IMG/VR virus record: IMGVR_UViG_3300033463_000092
DNA from: an uncultured virus (IMG/VR IMGVR_UViG_3300033463_000092)
Taxonomy: Duplodnaviria; Heunggongvirae; Uroviricota; Caudoviricetes
Direction: 5' to 3' (one strand)
Length of the DNA stretch: 64,000 bases
A program made the translations under genes and the position numbers. The first letter of the stretch is position 1. Each line of letters begins with the position of its first letter. The notes beneath the pieces are model-generated. The model made no database searches. It worked only from the letters and a program-made list of their open reading frames with translations, and was not told the DNA's origin. Shown piece after piece: positions 19,547 through 30,048 of the stretch.

Positions 19547-21115
19547 TTATAATTCAAAAAGGTTTGAAAAACACTCTTGATCATATCTTAGCTGTAAACT
19601 TTGATAAAACATTTTTGTAATTCTATTTCTTTTACTTCCTGTTTCTAGATTTGTTTCAGTTAAATATGGAACAAATACTTCTGGAACATAAACTGCATCA
19701 TGAACAGTAAAAGCAGGAATTCCTTCTGCGGCTAAATTATGAAATAAATAATCTGACATAATTTTAAATTCGCGTTTTGCACTTTCAAGCCAAATGTCAT
19801 TATGATTTCTAATGAAAGATTGAATAGCAGGATATTTTTTTTCAAAATAATTATTGATTTTCTGAACAATTTTTCCTGTTCTAAAATGATCATATTTTCC
19901 AGGACTTTGAAGATTTAAATAAATTTTAAATGCTCTTTTCACCCAGCCTAAACATTTTCCATCTTTTTTCCTTGTTCCAAAATCTTTTCTAAAATCTCTT
20001 AAAACATCTAGTTCAAATTCTTTCAATGTTTTCTGATAATAACTAGTTTCCGGATCAACTTCAAGTATTTTTGCTAAAGTATGAAGATCAGCAGCAGGGA
20101 TATCAAATACTTCAACAAGTTTCATTCCTTTGAATCTTAATACTTTTTCTCTAAATTTATGTGGAAATTGATGGAATGCATGATAGTATCTTCCTTTAAC
20201 CCATAAAGGATCTTTAAACATTTCATCAATTTTCTTTTTGCATTTCATGTATTCAAGAGTATCGCCTCTGCACCATTTTTTCAATGATTCGTCGTCATAA
20301 TCAAGATATTTATATAAATGTTCTTCTTTACTACCAATTATTTTAATAGCTTTTGATACTTCATTAATTTCGTATAATTGTTTTAATTCTTTTTTACTAA
20401 AATGTTTTTTCTGATTTATTCTTTTATCAATAAATTTCTGAAGTTGTGGTATCCACTCAATTAATTTCACATTCTTTGTTGTCAAAAAATTAGGATCTAT
20501 TTTTGAATTGACTTCTTCATTTTTTTTTACTTCATTTATTTGATTATCAAGTCTTTGTTTAGCTAAAAAGTACTGTTCATCTTCATCTATTGTTCTAGTT
20601 TTTATGATAAGATTTTTATAATATTTTAGAAATACATTTGTAACTTTTTTTGGAAGAATTACAGTTTCCATTTTGCATTCCCATCTGCCTTTTTGTTTTT
20701 TGATTTTGTTGCTCATGTCCCAATGAAGTAAATACGATTTTGAAAATCCCCATTGATGACCGCGTTCTCTTGCAGCAGATGTTGGACAAAATTTATGATT
20801 TATTTTAAAAATTTTATGTTCTTCTAAATCAGTTAAAATTCTTTTTGCATATAATCTTGAAAATGAATTATAAAATATTTTTGCAAGAATATTATTGTTT
20901 ACAAATGAAGATTTATTCCATGAAAGCTTTTGAGTAAAACAATAAAGAAATAATGCAATAGAGCGATAACAATCATATGTATTATTGTAACATATTGTTG
21001 CGCATCTTCCTTCTTTTGATCCAGACATTTTTTTAGCAAATTGAATCGCTAAATCATCAATTTCATCTAAAAAAATCTTTGGTATAATTTCTGAAAACTG
21101 TTCAAAATTTTCCAT
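19547..21115 (-). CDS. Protein with a C-terminal family A polymerase-like palm domain
   Basis: GRYYH, VFDI (motif A-like), WVKRAF (motif B-like), TVHDAVY (motif C-like); function inferred. Confidence 0.5.
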   Translation of the reverse strand: MENFEQFSEIIPKIFLDEIDDLAIQFAKKMSGSKEGRCATICYNNTYDCYRSIALFLYCFTQKLSWNKSSFVNNNILAKIFYNSFSRLYAKRILTDLEEHKIFKINHKFCPTSAARERGHQWGFSKSYLLHWDMSNKIKKQKGRWECKMETVILPKKVTNVFLKYYKNLIIKTRTIDEDEQYFLAKQRLDNQINEVKKNEEVNSKIDPNFLTTKNVKLIEWIPQLQKFIDKRINQKKHFSKKELKQLYEINEVSKAIKIIGSKEEHLYKYLDYDDESLKKWCRGDTLEYMKCKKKIDEMFKDPLWVKGRYYHAFHQFPHKFREKVLRFKGMKLVEVFDIPAADLHTLAKILEVDPETSYYQKTLKEFELDVLRDFRKDFGTRKKDGKCLGWVKRAFKIYLNLQSPGKYDHFRTGKIVQKINNYFEKKYPAIQSFIRNHNDIWLESAKREFKIMSDYLFHNLAAEGIPAFTVHDAVYVPEVFVPYLTETNLETGSKRNRITKMFYQSLQLRYDQECFSNLFEL

Positions 21116-21247
21116 TGAATAAACTCTTTATTATTACTAAAATATTTATTCAAAAATATAAACTTATTTTCAATTATTTTTAACTATAATGAAAAAAAAG
21201 TTGCAACAATTTTACTGTTGCAACTTAAGTATTTGGTAATGAAGAAT

Positions 21248-23113
21248 TCAAAAAGTTCCATCCAAAAAATTTTTTTCGGAAATGATCTTCGTTCCATACT
21301 TTGCAGCCTTCTGAAGTTTTCCAGAACCGCTATTAGGATCTGCACAGACCAGAATTGAAAGATTCTTATCCACATGATCGACTGGAGTAAATCCTCTTTC
21401 AGCCGCAATCTGTTCCATGACTGATCTCTTATTCTCCATTTTTCCAGTAAAGCAAATCGTCATTCCATTTGAATTTTCAGATTTCTTTTCATCCTTTTTC
21501 TCAAAGACGAATTGCTTTGTCATTTTCTTGAGCATATAAGAAACGTTTGATCCGCGTCCAATGTAAGTTTTAATTGAATCGGCAATAATATGTCCAATGC
21601 CTTCAATTTCTTCAAGATCTGTGATACTAAAGTTTCCTTCAATAATATCATCCCAAGAAAAATTCTCAACAAGAATCTTTGCAACAGTTTTTCCAACATT
21701 AGGAATATTCATTGCAGCAATGACCATGTCAGGAGTAGCATTTCTTTTTGCCTTTTCAATTTCTTCAAAGAAAATTTCTTTCTTTCTTGTACCATACTCT
21801 TTCAGCTTCAGATCTTCAGGTTTCAGATCAAAGAGATCGGCGATGTAACGAACTTTGAGGTTGGGATCATTAGCAAGAAGTCGAATGTAAGCTTCACCAA
21901 CATTCTTAAATCCAAGAGTGACGATAGAACAGTAGAGTTCCTGGACTTCTGTTTCAATGCAGCGACCATTCAAAGCTCCACACTGGACATTCGTATCATT
22001 GATGAAGGTGTCTGAACCACAGAAAGGACACTTGTCAATATACACTCTCTTTCTATTCTCTCCAGGTGAGGAGGAAATGATATGAGGTATAATATCTCCC
22101 GCTCGTTCAACAACCACCGTATCGCCTATCTGGAGGCTCCCATCAATCAGACAAGTTTCAACAGCAGAACTCTTCGGCTTTGTAAGCTGAAGTTTGACTC
22201 GCTTGATGGTGATTCCGGAAATCTCAACCGGCTCAATAATTCCAATTGCAGATATCTGCTGCTTTCCCATACCCCATTCAACATCAATGAGTTTGGAAGT
22301 AGCCTTCTGATTTGTGAACTTGAATGCCACAGCACCACGAGGATGATGAGTGGTATATCCAAGAGATTCAGCATATGCCTGATCTTTGAGTTTGACGACG
22401 ATTCCATCAAGAGGATAATCAGTATTGTTGAGAATATGTTCCACGACTTTATCCCAGGCTTCGGAAAAGTAGAAGCAGTTGGTCGTCGTTGAATTTTTGT
22501 CGTAATCCACGAAAGTGATCTTGGCTCCCTGACTGTAGTAGAAGTCCGCATCATCAGTTCCAAGGATTCCAGCAATTCCGTTTCGCTGATTCTTAAACGG
22601 AATACCAGATTTTGACTTCACTTCACCAAAGATGCTTTTGAAATAACTGTTTCTGATTATAATCTCTCCAAGTAGACTGTCACGGCTTGGATCAATTTTC
22701 TTATCGGTATCAAATTCAATAAGCTTCAGCTTATCAGTATAATCCTGACCAAATACACCATCACCACGAGAACTCAATGTTCCATTCTCCAGGAGTCCGG
22801 ACATTCCATCATACTTCGGCTGAATTAGAAACTCTTCTTGATTTGTCCTGGAGACCTTCTGAACCCATTTAAGCAGTTCCTCTTTAGAATAAATCTTTCC
22901 AAGACTTAACATCTTTTTGGAGTGCTTGATGAGCTTTTCATTACCGGTTACATCCTTCTTTCCAAAATTCTGAAGGAGCTCATTTTCAGGATCAAGTTTC
23001 TCAAGTTCTCGACAAAGGGCATCATATTCAACATCAGAAATCTCAAGTTCCTTTCCATTCCAGTACAAATCATTATGATGCTTAATTGCAGCTTCAAGTT
23101 CTTGGATTGTCAT
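21248..23113 (-). CDS. ligA: NAD-dependent DNA ligase
   Basis: ISDVEYD, MLSL, KYDG, DGIVVK, RAGDIIP, Cys Zn finger, HhH repeats, C-terminal BRCT. Confidence 0.95.
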   Translation of the reverse strand: MTIQELEAAIKHHNDLYWNGKELEISDVEYDALCRELEKLDPENELLQNFGKKDVTGNEKLIKHSKKMLSLGKIYSKEELLKWVQKVSRTNQEEFLIQPKYDGMSGLLENGTLSSRGDGVFGQDYTDKLKLIEFDTDKKIDPSRDSLLGEIIIRNSYFKSIFGEVKSKSGIPFKNQRNGIAGILGTDDADFYYSQGAKITFVDYDKNSTTTNCFYFSEAWDKVVEHILNNTDYPLDGIVVKLKDQAYAESLGYTTHHPRGAVAFKFTNQKATSKLIDVEWGMGKQQISAIGIIEPVEISGITIKRVKLQLTKPKSSAVETCLIDGSLQIGDTVVVERAGDIIPHIISSSPGENRKRVYIDKCPFCGSDTFINDTNVQCGALNGRCIETEVQELYCSIVTLGFKNVGEAYIRLLANDPNLKVRYIADLFDLKPEDLKLKEYGTRKKEIFFEEIEKAKRNATPDMVIAAMNIPNVGKTVAKILVENFSWDDIIEGNFSITDLEEIEGIGHIIADSIKTYIGRGSNVSYMLKKMTKQFVFEKKDEKKSENSNGMTICFTGKMENKRSVMEQIAAERGFTPVDHVDKNLSILVCADPNSGSGKLQKAAKYGTKIISEKNFLDGTF

Positions 23114-23187
23114 TTATTCTCTCCTTTAGTAAAATGAATTTAAGTTATTTAATTATAACTTTTTAAAAGTAAAAGTAAACTGATTTT

Positions 23188-23541
23188 TTATTTTAAAGTT
23201 CTTTTACGTCCTTGTTTATCTAAATAATACCAAGAATCTTTGAATATATATGTTTTATCAAAGTCTTTTGCTTTTGTTTTTAACATTTCTTCTTTTATGT
23301 TTTTAAGTGATCGGATAGTAAAATTTTCTACATCGTTCGGTATTGTAAAGAAGGTAGAATAAAAATTTGTTCCAAGTTTTTGAATGCATCTATTATCTTT
23401 ACAAAGTTTATCTATTTCAGATTTATTTGTCCAAGATGTCTTTAAAATATCATCAATTTCTTCAGTTGATGTTTTTTCTGATATTATAATTCCGTTGTAA
23501 TTTTTTTGATCTGTTTCTATTGCAATAATGACAAAGTCCAT
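23188..23541 (-). CDS. Hypothetical protein (divergent member of the 3429..3773 family)
   Basis: Similar length and pattern; TATAAATA upstream. Confidence 0.6.
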   Translation of the reverse strand: MDFVIIAIETDQKNYNGIIISEKTSTEEIDDILKTSWTNKSEIDKLCKDNRCIQKLGTNFYSTFFTIPNDVENFTIRSLKNIKEEMLKTKAKDFDKTYIFKDSWYYLDKQGRKRTLK

Positions 23542-23595
23542 TTTTTCAAACTCTCTTTTTGTTTTCTATCTTTATTTATATCAAATCGTTTTTGA

Positions 23596-24492
23596 TTAAA
23601 TATTGGCCATAGCAGTCATCTGCTTCATATTGGACTGCAATTCAGTAAGCTTTGCTTCTTTTTGAGCATTGGCGGCTTCACGAAGATCTTGATACTTCTT
23701 TCTAATTTCATTGATCGCAACCTGTTCCTGTTCAGATAAAGATTTTTTTGTAGCTTCACATTCATTGATGGCTTGTTTGATCTCGCTATGGATGACTTCA
23801 ATGGCACTGATGAGAAATTGATCTTCGATCTTTTTTCCAATCATAGCGCTATAAGCGGCTTTACCGTATTTTTTAATTGTTTTATCCTTGTCCCGCCCTT
23901 TAAGATACTCATACAGAACACGGTATTCATTGTATGTGATGATCATATATGCATCACCATTTTTATTCATCTCATCATTTTCCTCAGGACCTAAGGTGAT
24001 GTAATCATCCTTCATATACGTAGACTCGTTAGTCTTTGTATAATCTTTGATAGGAATACGAATGATAGCATCTTTTTCATCATTGATTTTCTGATGACGC
24101 TTCATGTAAGAAAAGTTGGCCTGCCACATTTTTTTGAGTTCATTACTGACCTTATCAAAAACGGAATGAGTAATTTCAGATTTACTTTTAGCAGCTCGAA
24201 TAAGAGACCAAAGTTTCCACTCATTTTTGAACCAAATTCCAATTTCATTCAGATCATTAATGGTGATCCGAGGATAAGCTTTCACCAGTAGACCTCCACC
24301 GATCTTGGAATCAGGATCATTGCCGTTATTAAAATAACGGGCCTTAATAGGGCAGGAATCCAGCTTTATAGAGATCAAATAATTGAGAAGAATTGCAGAC
24401 CTTATTGAAGTAATTTTAAGGGGGAAGAAGTTATTCTTTGCCTGAAATTCAAATTCTTCAGCTGGGACAATTTTACGAATTTCGCAAGCCAT
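23596..24492 (-). CDS. Hypothetical protein, 298 aa, paralog of 1011..1904
   Basis: High similarity over the full length. Confidence 0.85.
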   Translation of the reverse strand: MACEIRKIVPAEEFEFQAKNNFFPLKITSIRSAILLNYLISIKLDSCPIKARYFNNGNDPDSKIGGGLLVKAYPRITINDLNEIGIWFKNEWKLWSLIRAAKSKSEITHSVFDKVSNELKKMWQANFSYMKRHQKINDEKDAIIRIPIKDYTKTNESTYMKDDYITLGPEENDEMNKNGDAYMIITYNEYRVLYEYLKGRDKDKTIKKYGKAAYSAMIGKKIEDQFLISAIEVIHSEIKQAINECEATKKSLSEQEQVAINEIRKKYQDLREAANAQKEAKLTELQSNMKQMTAMANI

Positions 24493-24625
24493 TTTTTCTC
24501 CTTATAATTTATGGTTGGTTGTTATTATAATATAACGGCGGAATTCAAAAAGTAAACTTAAATTTAGAAAAACTCCTTTTCTCTGGTTGATATTGAAATA
24601 TAACATCTTAACTTAAAAAGTAAAC

Positions 24626-24722
24626 AAAAAAAGCCTCCTGACTCTATGAAAGAACTAATTCCACAAGGAGGAAATGGAATTATGGAAGAAGGGCCAACCA
24701 ACAACCCCGAGTCAGGAGACTT
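24626..24722 (-). ncRNA. 3'-UTR structured RNA motif, copy B
   Basis: GTCTCCTGACTC/GAGTCAGGAGGC stem plus U7 encloses GGG-GTTGTTGGTTGG-CCC and a hairpin with loop TTCCTCCTT. Confidence 0.65.
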
Positions 24723-24729
24723 TGAATTT

Positions 24730-25065
24730 TTATTCCACGAAAGTTACACCAATAATATCAATACTCTTGAAATAATTATCAGGAACAATCATAACGGAAT
24801 CAGTTTCTGCATTGAAAAGAGTCTGAGCTCCAATACGATACTGCTTAGTGCCGGAAGGGGTCTTCCATCCATTAATTTTTCCAATTAGATTACCTTCAGA
24901 ACCATCCTGAGTTAGAACAACATGATTATCAGATACTCGCTTGATGTATACCGTATTATCAGTATTGAACTTGGCTTCTCTGATAGCATCAGCGGGAATG
25001 TTTAGAGTCTTTGTAAAAGATCTATAATCTTCGTTGAAAAACCTGTGAAATGCATCTTTCTTCAT
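24730..25065 (-). CDS. Hypothetical protein
   Basis: AGGAG SD. Confidence 0.75.
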   Translation of the reverse strand: MKKDAFHRFFNEDYRSFTKTLNIPADAIREAKFNTDNTVYIKRVSDNHVVLTQDGSEGNLIGKINGWKTPSGTKQYRIGAQTLFNAETDSVMIVPDNYFKSIDIIGVTFVE

Positions 25066-25089
25066 TGTTTTGTTCTCCTATTTTAATTT

Positions 25090-25380
25090 TTAATCAACAA
25101 CTTCTTCAAAATCTTCACCAATCTTCACACTCAGAATGTTCTCAAGTTTTGCAGATCTGTATGCTTCAGATTTAATATCATAATACTGAAATACATTCTT
25201 TTCTTTCATCTTAGTTTCCCGATTCATTCCAGTTCCTTTGACTCCAAGATCTGCTACAGCGTCATGGAGTTTGCACTTTGCTTTTCGAATTTCACCGTTC
25301 TTTTTCTTATAAATCATTTCAAATGGTTTTTCACCTTTACAAGATTCAGTGATAATCCGATAAAAATCCTGTCGCTTCAT
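25090..25380 (-). CDS. Small SH3/WYL-like beta-barrel protein
   Basis: YKKKNGEIR...YYDIKSEAYRS pattern. Confidence 0.65.
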   Translation of the reverse strand: MKRQDFYRIITESCKGEKPFEMIYKKKNGEIRKAKCKLHDAVADLGVKGTGMNRETKMKEKNVFQYYDIKSEAYRSAKLENILSVKIGEDFEEVVD

Positions 25381-25440
25381 TTTTATTTCTCCTTATTTTT
25401 AATCATATTTCATTATAACATATGAAAGGAAAAAGTAAAC

Positions 25441-25809
25441 TTATTTCATGAGATTCACAATTTTTTCATTCATCATTTTCAGTTCCGCGATATGAATATC
25501 ATGGAGCGTTTTTTCAAGTTCTTCACGATTATTTGAAACAAGTTCTTCACTATACTTTGCTCCAGCACACTCCAACATTGCAATATCATCAGCATCGGCG
25601 TTCACCTCGTCATTGATAATATACTTAATTATTGGCTTTTTATCAATGACATCAAAAGAAGTTCTAATACCAACGACAAATCCTTCTCCATAGCAATGAT
25701 CAAATATCTCTTTATCAGTGAAAAGAGGATGGTTTTTTACAACAGTAAGAATACTATGAAGGGTGTAAAAAACTTTTTCTCCAATATTAAATTTTGTCTT
25801 AATTTCCAT
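25441..25809 (-). CDS. Hypothetical protein (TKFNIG)
   Basis: AAGGAGG SD. Confidence 0.75.
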   Translation of the reverse strand: MEIKTKFNIGEKVFYTLHSILTVVKNHPLFTDKEIFDHCYGEGFVVGIRTSFDVIDKKPIIKYIINDEVNADADDIAMLECAGAKYSEELVSNNREELEKTLHDIHIAELKMMNEKIVNLMK

Positions 25810-25846
25810 AATTTATTCCTCCTTAATCCAAAAAGTAAACTTACTT

Positions 25847-26800
25847 TCAAAATCTATCACGAGCATCTGCAGGAATGTAGCAGCCCATCAATTCATATAT
25901 GATGTTTTCCTCAGTATCTGCAACAAGCTCCCTGGTATCCCTTTTGAAGAGGCCATACTCATTCAAAATCATATTCTTACTGATAGCGATTTTTCTGAGC
26001 TTAATGTTCCAATTCATTGGACCTGTAGCATGGAGAAGAAGAGCTCCATAATGATTCCTTGTCACAATGCGGAAGTCAATCTGTCTTCCATTTTTGACCC
26101 CAGAAACTTTCTTTTCACCTTCCATGACCACTTCATCAAGATATTTTGGAAGATTCTTATAGAAAGCTTTTTCTTCTCCTTCAGGAACACCTATAATGAT
26201 GTCAATATCTCCGACGGTATAATTCTGATCAAGCTGGTTCCACCGCCTTCTAGACCCTGCAAATGAAACAAGAATATTTGCATGTTTTCTGAGCAAATCT
26301 ACAATGATCGGATCAGCAATCTCATCATGTTCCTGAATGGTCATTCTGGTTTTTTCAGTATGGGCTTCAAATTCAAGTCCAACTTTGATAGAGTTGATAT
26401 ACTTGACGGTGGAGGTTCCAATCATATCCCCAATAGCAAGCGACTTAACAGCTTCTTTGAGTTCTTGGAGAGTTCTGATTCCAGCTTTTGCAAGCTCTTT
26501 GGCTTTATTGACTCCAATGCCTTTGATTTTGGAAATTTCAATGAGATTGGCAAAGTCGGAATTTTTGAACTCTTCATATCTTTTGAAGGTCCCGGTTTTC
26601 AAGAAGGAGTCAACTTTTTCAATAAGTCCTTTTCCAAAACCAGAAAGCCCTTTGACCTGTTCAACATCAGTAATATCAAAGGGCAATTTTTTGATTGTGG
26701 CAATTGCATTGAGGTAAGCCTTGGCAGGAAAGACCCGCTTCAAAGATTCTTCATAGAGGCTAAGGTCTTTGAACATCTTAATCAGTTTATCGTTATTCAT
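25847..26800 (-). CDS. DNA polymerase X family
   Basis: KAYLNA lyase domain, HhH GIG, AGSRRR, GDIDII, QIDFR, HATG, LNEYGL. Confidence 0.92.
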   Translation of the reverse strand: MNNDKLIKMFKDLSLYEESLKRVFPAKAYLNAIATIKKLPFDITDVEQVKGLSGFGKGLIEKVDSFLKTGTFKRYEEFKNSDFANLIEISKIKGIGVNKAKELAKAGIRTLQELKEAVKSLAIGDMIGTSTVKYINSIKVGLEFEAHTEKTRMTIQEHDEIADPIIVDLLRKHANILVSFAGSRRRWNQLDQNYTVGDIDIIIGVPEGEEKAFYKNLPKYLDEVVMEGEKKVSGVKNGRQIDFRIVTRNHYGALLLHATGPMNWNIKLRKIAISKNMILNEYGLFKRDTRELVADTEENIIYELMGCYIPADARDRF

Positions 26801-26853
26801 TTGAATCTCCTTTGGTTATATTTAATTATAACACCTGAATTCAAAAAGTAAAC

Positions 26854-27087
26854 TTAAAAACGAACTTCAATGTATTTTTCAAAAACCATAAGATGGACAT
26901 CATCAGTGGTGAGTTTTTTTCCCATCATCGTTTCATACATAAATTTGATATGATTCCAAATATCCCAGGAATGTGCATATCGATATCCAGGCTTATAAAA
27001 AATTCTCCAGCATCCAAAGCGATTCATTTTCTTGCAAAAAACATTCGGCAATCCGGCACAAAAAGAAATAAATTGAACATCCCACAT
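26854..27087 (-). CDS. Hypothetical protein
   Basis: Own promoter and SD. Confidence 0.65.
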   Translation of the reverse strand: MWDVQFISFCAGLPNVFCKKMNRFGCWRIFYKPGYRYAHSWDIWNHIKFMYETMMGKKLTTDDVHLMVFEKYIEVRF

Positions 27088-27390
27088 AATATTCTCCTTT
27101 GGTTGTTAATGGATATTAAAATATAACACCTGAATTCAAAAAGTAAACTTATTTTAACCTTTAAGAGGGAAACTGTCGCAGTCCATTTCAATAATTTTTT
27201 TGAACCATTCTGAACAAATCTCTTAAGAGACCATTTCCAAGTAGACCAACTTCATCAATATGAAGAAGGGCTTCATAAAGTTTAGACCTATCTTCTTTCG
27301 TCATTGAAATTATCATTTCAGATACGGTCATATCTTGAATTATTTCTTTTGCTTCTTTTCGATCTTCTTCCATTTCCATAACTCCTTTTA

Positions 27391-27636
27391 TTATCCAGCC
27401 AGAGTTCCGCCTTTTCTTTTCATTTCATCAATTTCATGATCGGCACAAAGTTTTTTGAACAAAGCCAAAGCTTTTTTCCGATCCTTTCTGACTTCATAAT
27501 CACTGATTTCCTTTGTTTTTCCATTCATCCAAATATAATGATTTCCAAATCCATCAGTTGTCAGCAACCCAATAGTTTTATCGGCATTCATTTCAATAAC
27601 TCTGAAAGGAAAGGAAGGAATAGGCGGAACTTTCAT
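27391..27636 (-). CDS. Hypothetical protein
   Basis: Own promoter, GAGGAG SD. Confidence 0.65.
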   Translation of the reverse strand: MKVPPIPSFPFRVIEMNADKTIGLLTTDGFGNHYIWMNGKTKEISDYEVRKDRKKALALFKKLCADHEIDEMKRKGGTLAG

Positions 27637-27698
27637 TTTTAATCTCCTCAATTGTTATTGTATATTTTAATATAACACCTGAATTCAAAAAGTAAACC

Positions 27699-28307
27699 TT
27701 ACAGAAGGTCATACTTGTATTTGAACATATTTTCCACAGCGGCTTTATTTGGATCATCCTCAGCAATTTTTACTTCAAAGTTTCCATCAAGAGTATCATT
27801 GAGAACTGCAAGCATGTTCCAATAATCATTAAAATTGATAACTTTACAATTCAGTGCATCTTCAGCATCATCATAGGTTACTTTAATATTTTTGACTTGA
27901 CCGATCTCAACACCGAAATCTTCAGTCAACATTTTAACAAGTTTAGCTTTACGTTCTGACTTTTTTTCATCTTCATCAGGCCATCTGGTGACTTTTACAT
28001 TCAACGTGAATTTGATACCTTTATTTTTCATAAGGTATTCCAGAACTTCTTTCATGCATTCATACATATCATCACGATCCTGAGGCCACCATCCGAAGAA
28101 TTCTTCATGGTTTACAAAAGCTCCAACGGCTTCATCTCCTTCAACCCATTCGGGATCACCGTTCTCATCAGTATGGTCAAAGTCTTCATAGGAGCAGCGA
28201 CGGAAGATCGTAATCGTATTTTCTCCAACTTCAAATTCACCTTCGTGGGAGTAATAATTGATACATTTTTCAAAAAGTTTTTCAAGATCCATTTTGTAAC
28301 CTTCCAT
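27699..28307 (-). CDS. Acidic hypothetical protein
   Basis: Own promoter and SD; start revised. Confidence 0.75.
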   Translation of the reverse strand: MEGYKMDLEKLFEKCINYYSHEGEFEVGENTITIFRRCSYEDFDHTDENGDPEWVEGDEAVGAFVNHEEFFGWWPQDRDDMYECMKEVLEYLMKNKGIKFTLNVKVTRWPDEDEKKSERKAKLVKMLTEDFGVEIGQVKNIKVTYDDAEDALNCKVINFNDYWNMLAVLNDTLDGNFEVKIAEDDPNKAAVENMFKYKYDLL

Positions 28308-28567
28308 TTTGTAATTTCCTTTGTTGTAGTGGATATTAAAATATAACACCTGAATTCAAAAAGTAAACAGAAAAAAAAAGCCGAAGGTTCGGCTTTTACT
28401 TTCTCTTCTTCCACTCCCAGTTATAAGTCCCACTCATACTTTTGATTCGATCATGCTCTTTTGCCATCCTCACTACCACAGTAATGATCGAAATCATTCC
28501 AATGAGGAATAGCAGAATGACACCTGCAAGTAGAATGATGATTCCTTCGTTCATGAGCTTTCACCTC

Positions 28568-28786
28568 TCAAATACCGAGGAAGTCGAACATTTCAAGCAC
28601 CTTTTCGGAACTCAGGTCGCAGAACCAAGAAAGAAAGTTGCAATTCTTCTGCTCATACTTCTCGTTGATGTAATTGTATCCGGTAAATCCGACATTTTCG
28701 TACATGTCCATGAAATCATCAAAACCCATGCAGTTAATTCTGCGAGCAAATTCCTGGAACTGAGCGGTGGTGAATTCGGTCTTCAT
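28568..28786 (-). CDS. Hypothetical protein (FQEFARxINCM; paralog of 35650..35883)
   Basis: Own promoter and SD. Confidence 0.75.
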   Translation of the reverse strand: MKTEFTTAQFQEFARRINCMGFDDFMDMYENVGFTGYNYINEKYEQKNCNFLSWFCDLSSEKVLEMFDFLGI

Positions 28787-28855
28787 ATTTTCTTCTCCTT
28801 TTGTTTGGTTTTTTACTGATATTAAAATATAACAAGCGTTTTCAAAAAGTAAACC

Positions 28856-29683
28856 TTATCTGTAAAATTGCAGATCATTGATATTCAGATCTTGATCAAC
28901 ATTAAAGATCATTCCATCAATTTTTCCAGTTTTGAAATAATAATCATTACCAAGATTCAGACAAGGAATGTCATAGATGTACTTATGAACGAACCTATGA
29001 GTATGTCCACAGAATACAAATTTGAAATTCTTATCTTTTAACTGCACAAGGAAATCTTCACAACCAGAATATGCATTATAAGGTGAAAGAGGATCTTCAA
29101 CACTAAACAAATTCAATTCCTCATGGGGAACTGTGTGAGTAAGTAGAATATGATTTTTATTTTTGTCAATTGAATTGAGAATGTTGTTTTTGCAAACTTC
29201 ATGTTCCTTCATAGGATCAAAATCTTCAATGCTTACATCAAGCCACCCATTAATGATTTCACCTTTCATTAGAAGTCTGCTGTGATTCAAAGACCAATCA
29301 TACCAAAAAGCATTCCCAACAATTCTGGTATTATCCACATCAAAATAATGATCAATGTCTAAACATGAAACATTTGATCCAGCAAATTCCTTCTTCATCT
29401 TTTGATATTCTTGAAGAACTTTAGGATAACTTTGGTAAGCGAACTCATGATTCCCAAGACAGAAAACAACAGTCTTTCCATCAAAAAGATAATCAAGTGC
29501 ATCAAACACATTAATGAAAGCAGGAGCAGTACTTTCAAAAACATCCCCTGAAATAAGAACTAAATCATAATTAGCAGGAATGTTGTTCTTCAGAATTCTT
29601 TTGTATTTATCAAGATAGAATCTTGACGAATAGTAATTTTTGTTGATATGCAAATCAGAAAGTACGAGGATCTTCATAATCAA
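28856..29683 (-). CDS. Calcineurin-like metallophosphoesterase
   Basis: SDLH, GD, GNHE, LTH, GHTH motifs. Confidence 0.9.
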   Translation of the reverse strand: MIMKILVLSDLHINKNYYSSRFYLDKYKRILKNNIPANYDLVLISGDVFESTAPAFINVFDALDYLFDGKTVVFCLGNHEFAYQSYPKVLQEYQKMKKEFAGSNVSCLDIDHYFDVDNTRIVGNAFWYDWSLNHSRLLMKGEIINGWLDVSIEDFDPMKEHEVCKNNILNSIDKNKNHILLTHTVPHEELNLFSVEDPLSPYNAYSGCEDFLVQLKDKNFKFVFCGHTHRFVHKYIYDIPCLNLGNDYYFKTGKIDGMIFNVDQDLNINDLQFYR

Positions 29684-29982
29684 TACTCCAATTTGTAAAC
29701 TCCACGACTGATTCTGTGGAGATGACGATGTTCCACTTTGGAAGGCTTCATCAGATATCCGATCTCCCAGTGCTCACACTGACAATCAATATAACTGTGA
29801 GAAAGGAAACTCCACTTCTTGGTCATAACCTGGAGAGCACAAGAATAAAAACCTCTGTGAGCAATGGGATCAAAAGTCATCCCTTTATATTCCACAATGA
29901 ATTTAACCAAATCGGTGCGACGAATCACTCCGCCTTTAGATTCAACAAAATTCATGATAATGCTTTTGAAAGTTTTCTTCAT
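29680..29982 (-). CDS. Hypothetical protein (IMxFVE...RR family)
   Basis: Paralogs at 38001..38264 and 54245..54493. Confidence 0.75.
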   Translation of the reverse strand: MKKTFKSIIMNFVESKGGVIRRTDLVKFIVEYKGMTFDPIAHRGFYSCALQVMTKKWSFLSHSYIDCQCEHWEIGYLMKPSKVEHRHLHRISRGVYKLEY

Positions 29983-30048
29983 TTCAATCTCCTTTTGAAT
30001 TTATATTAAAATATAACATTTGAATTCAAAAAGTAAACTTACAAAATG

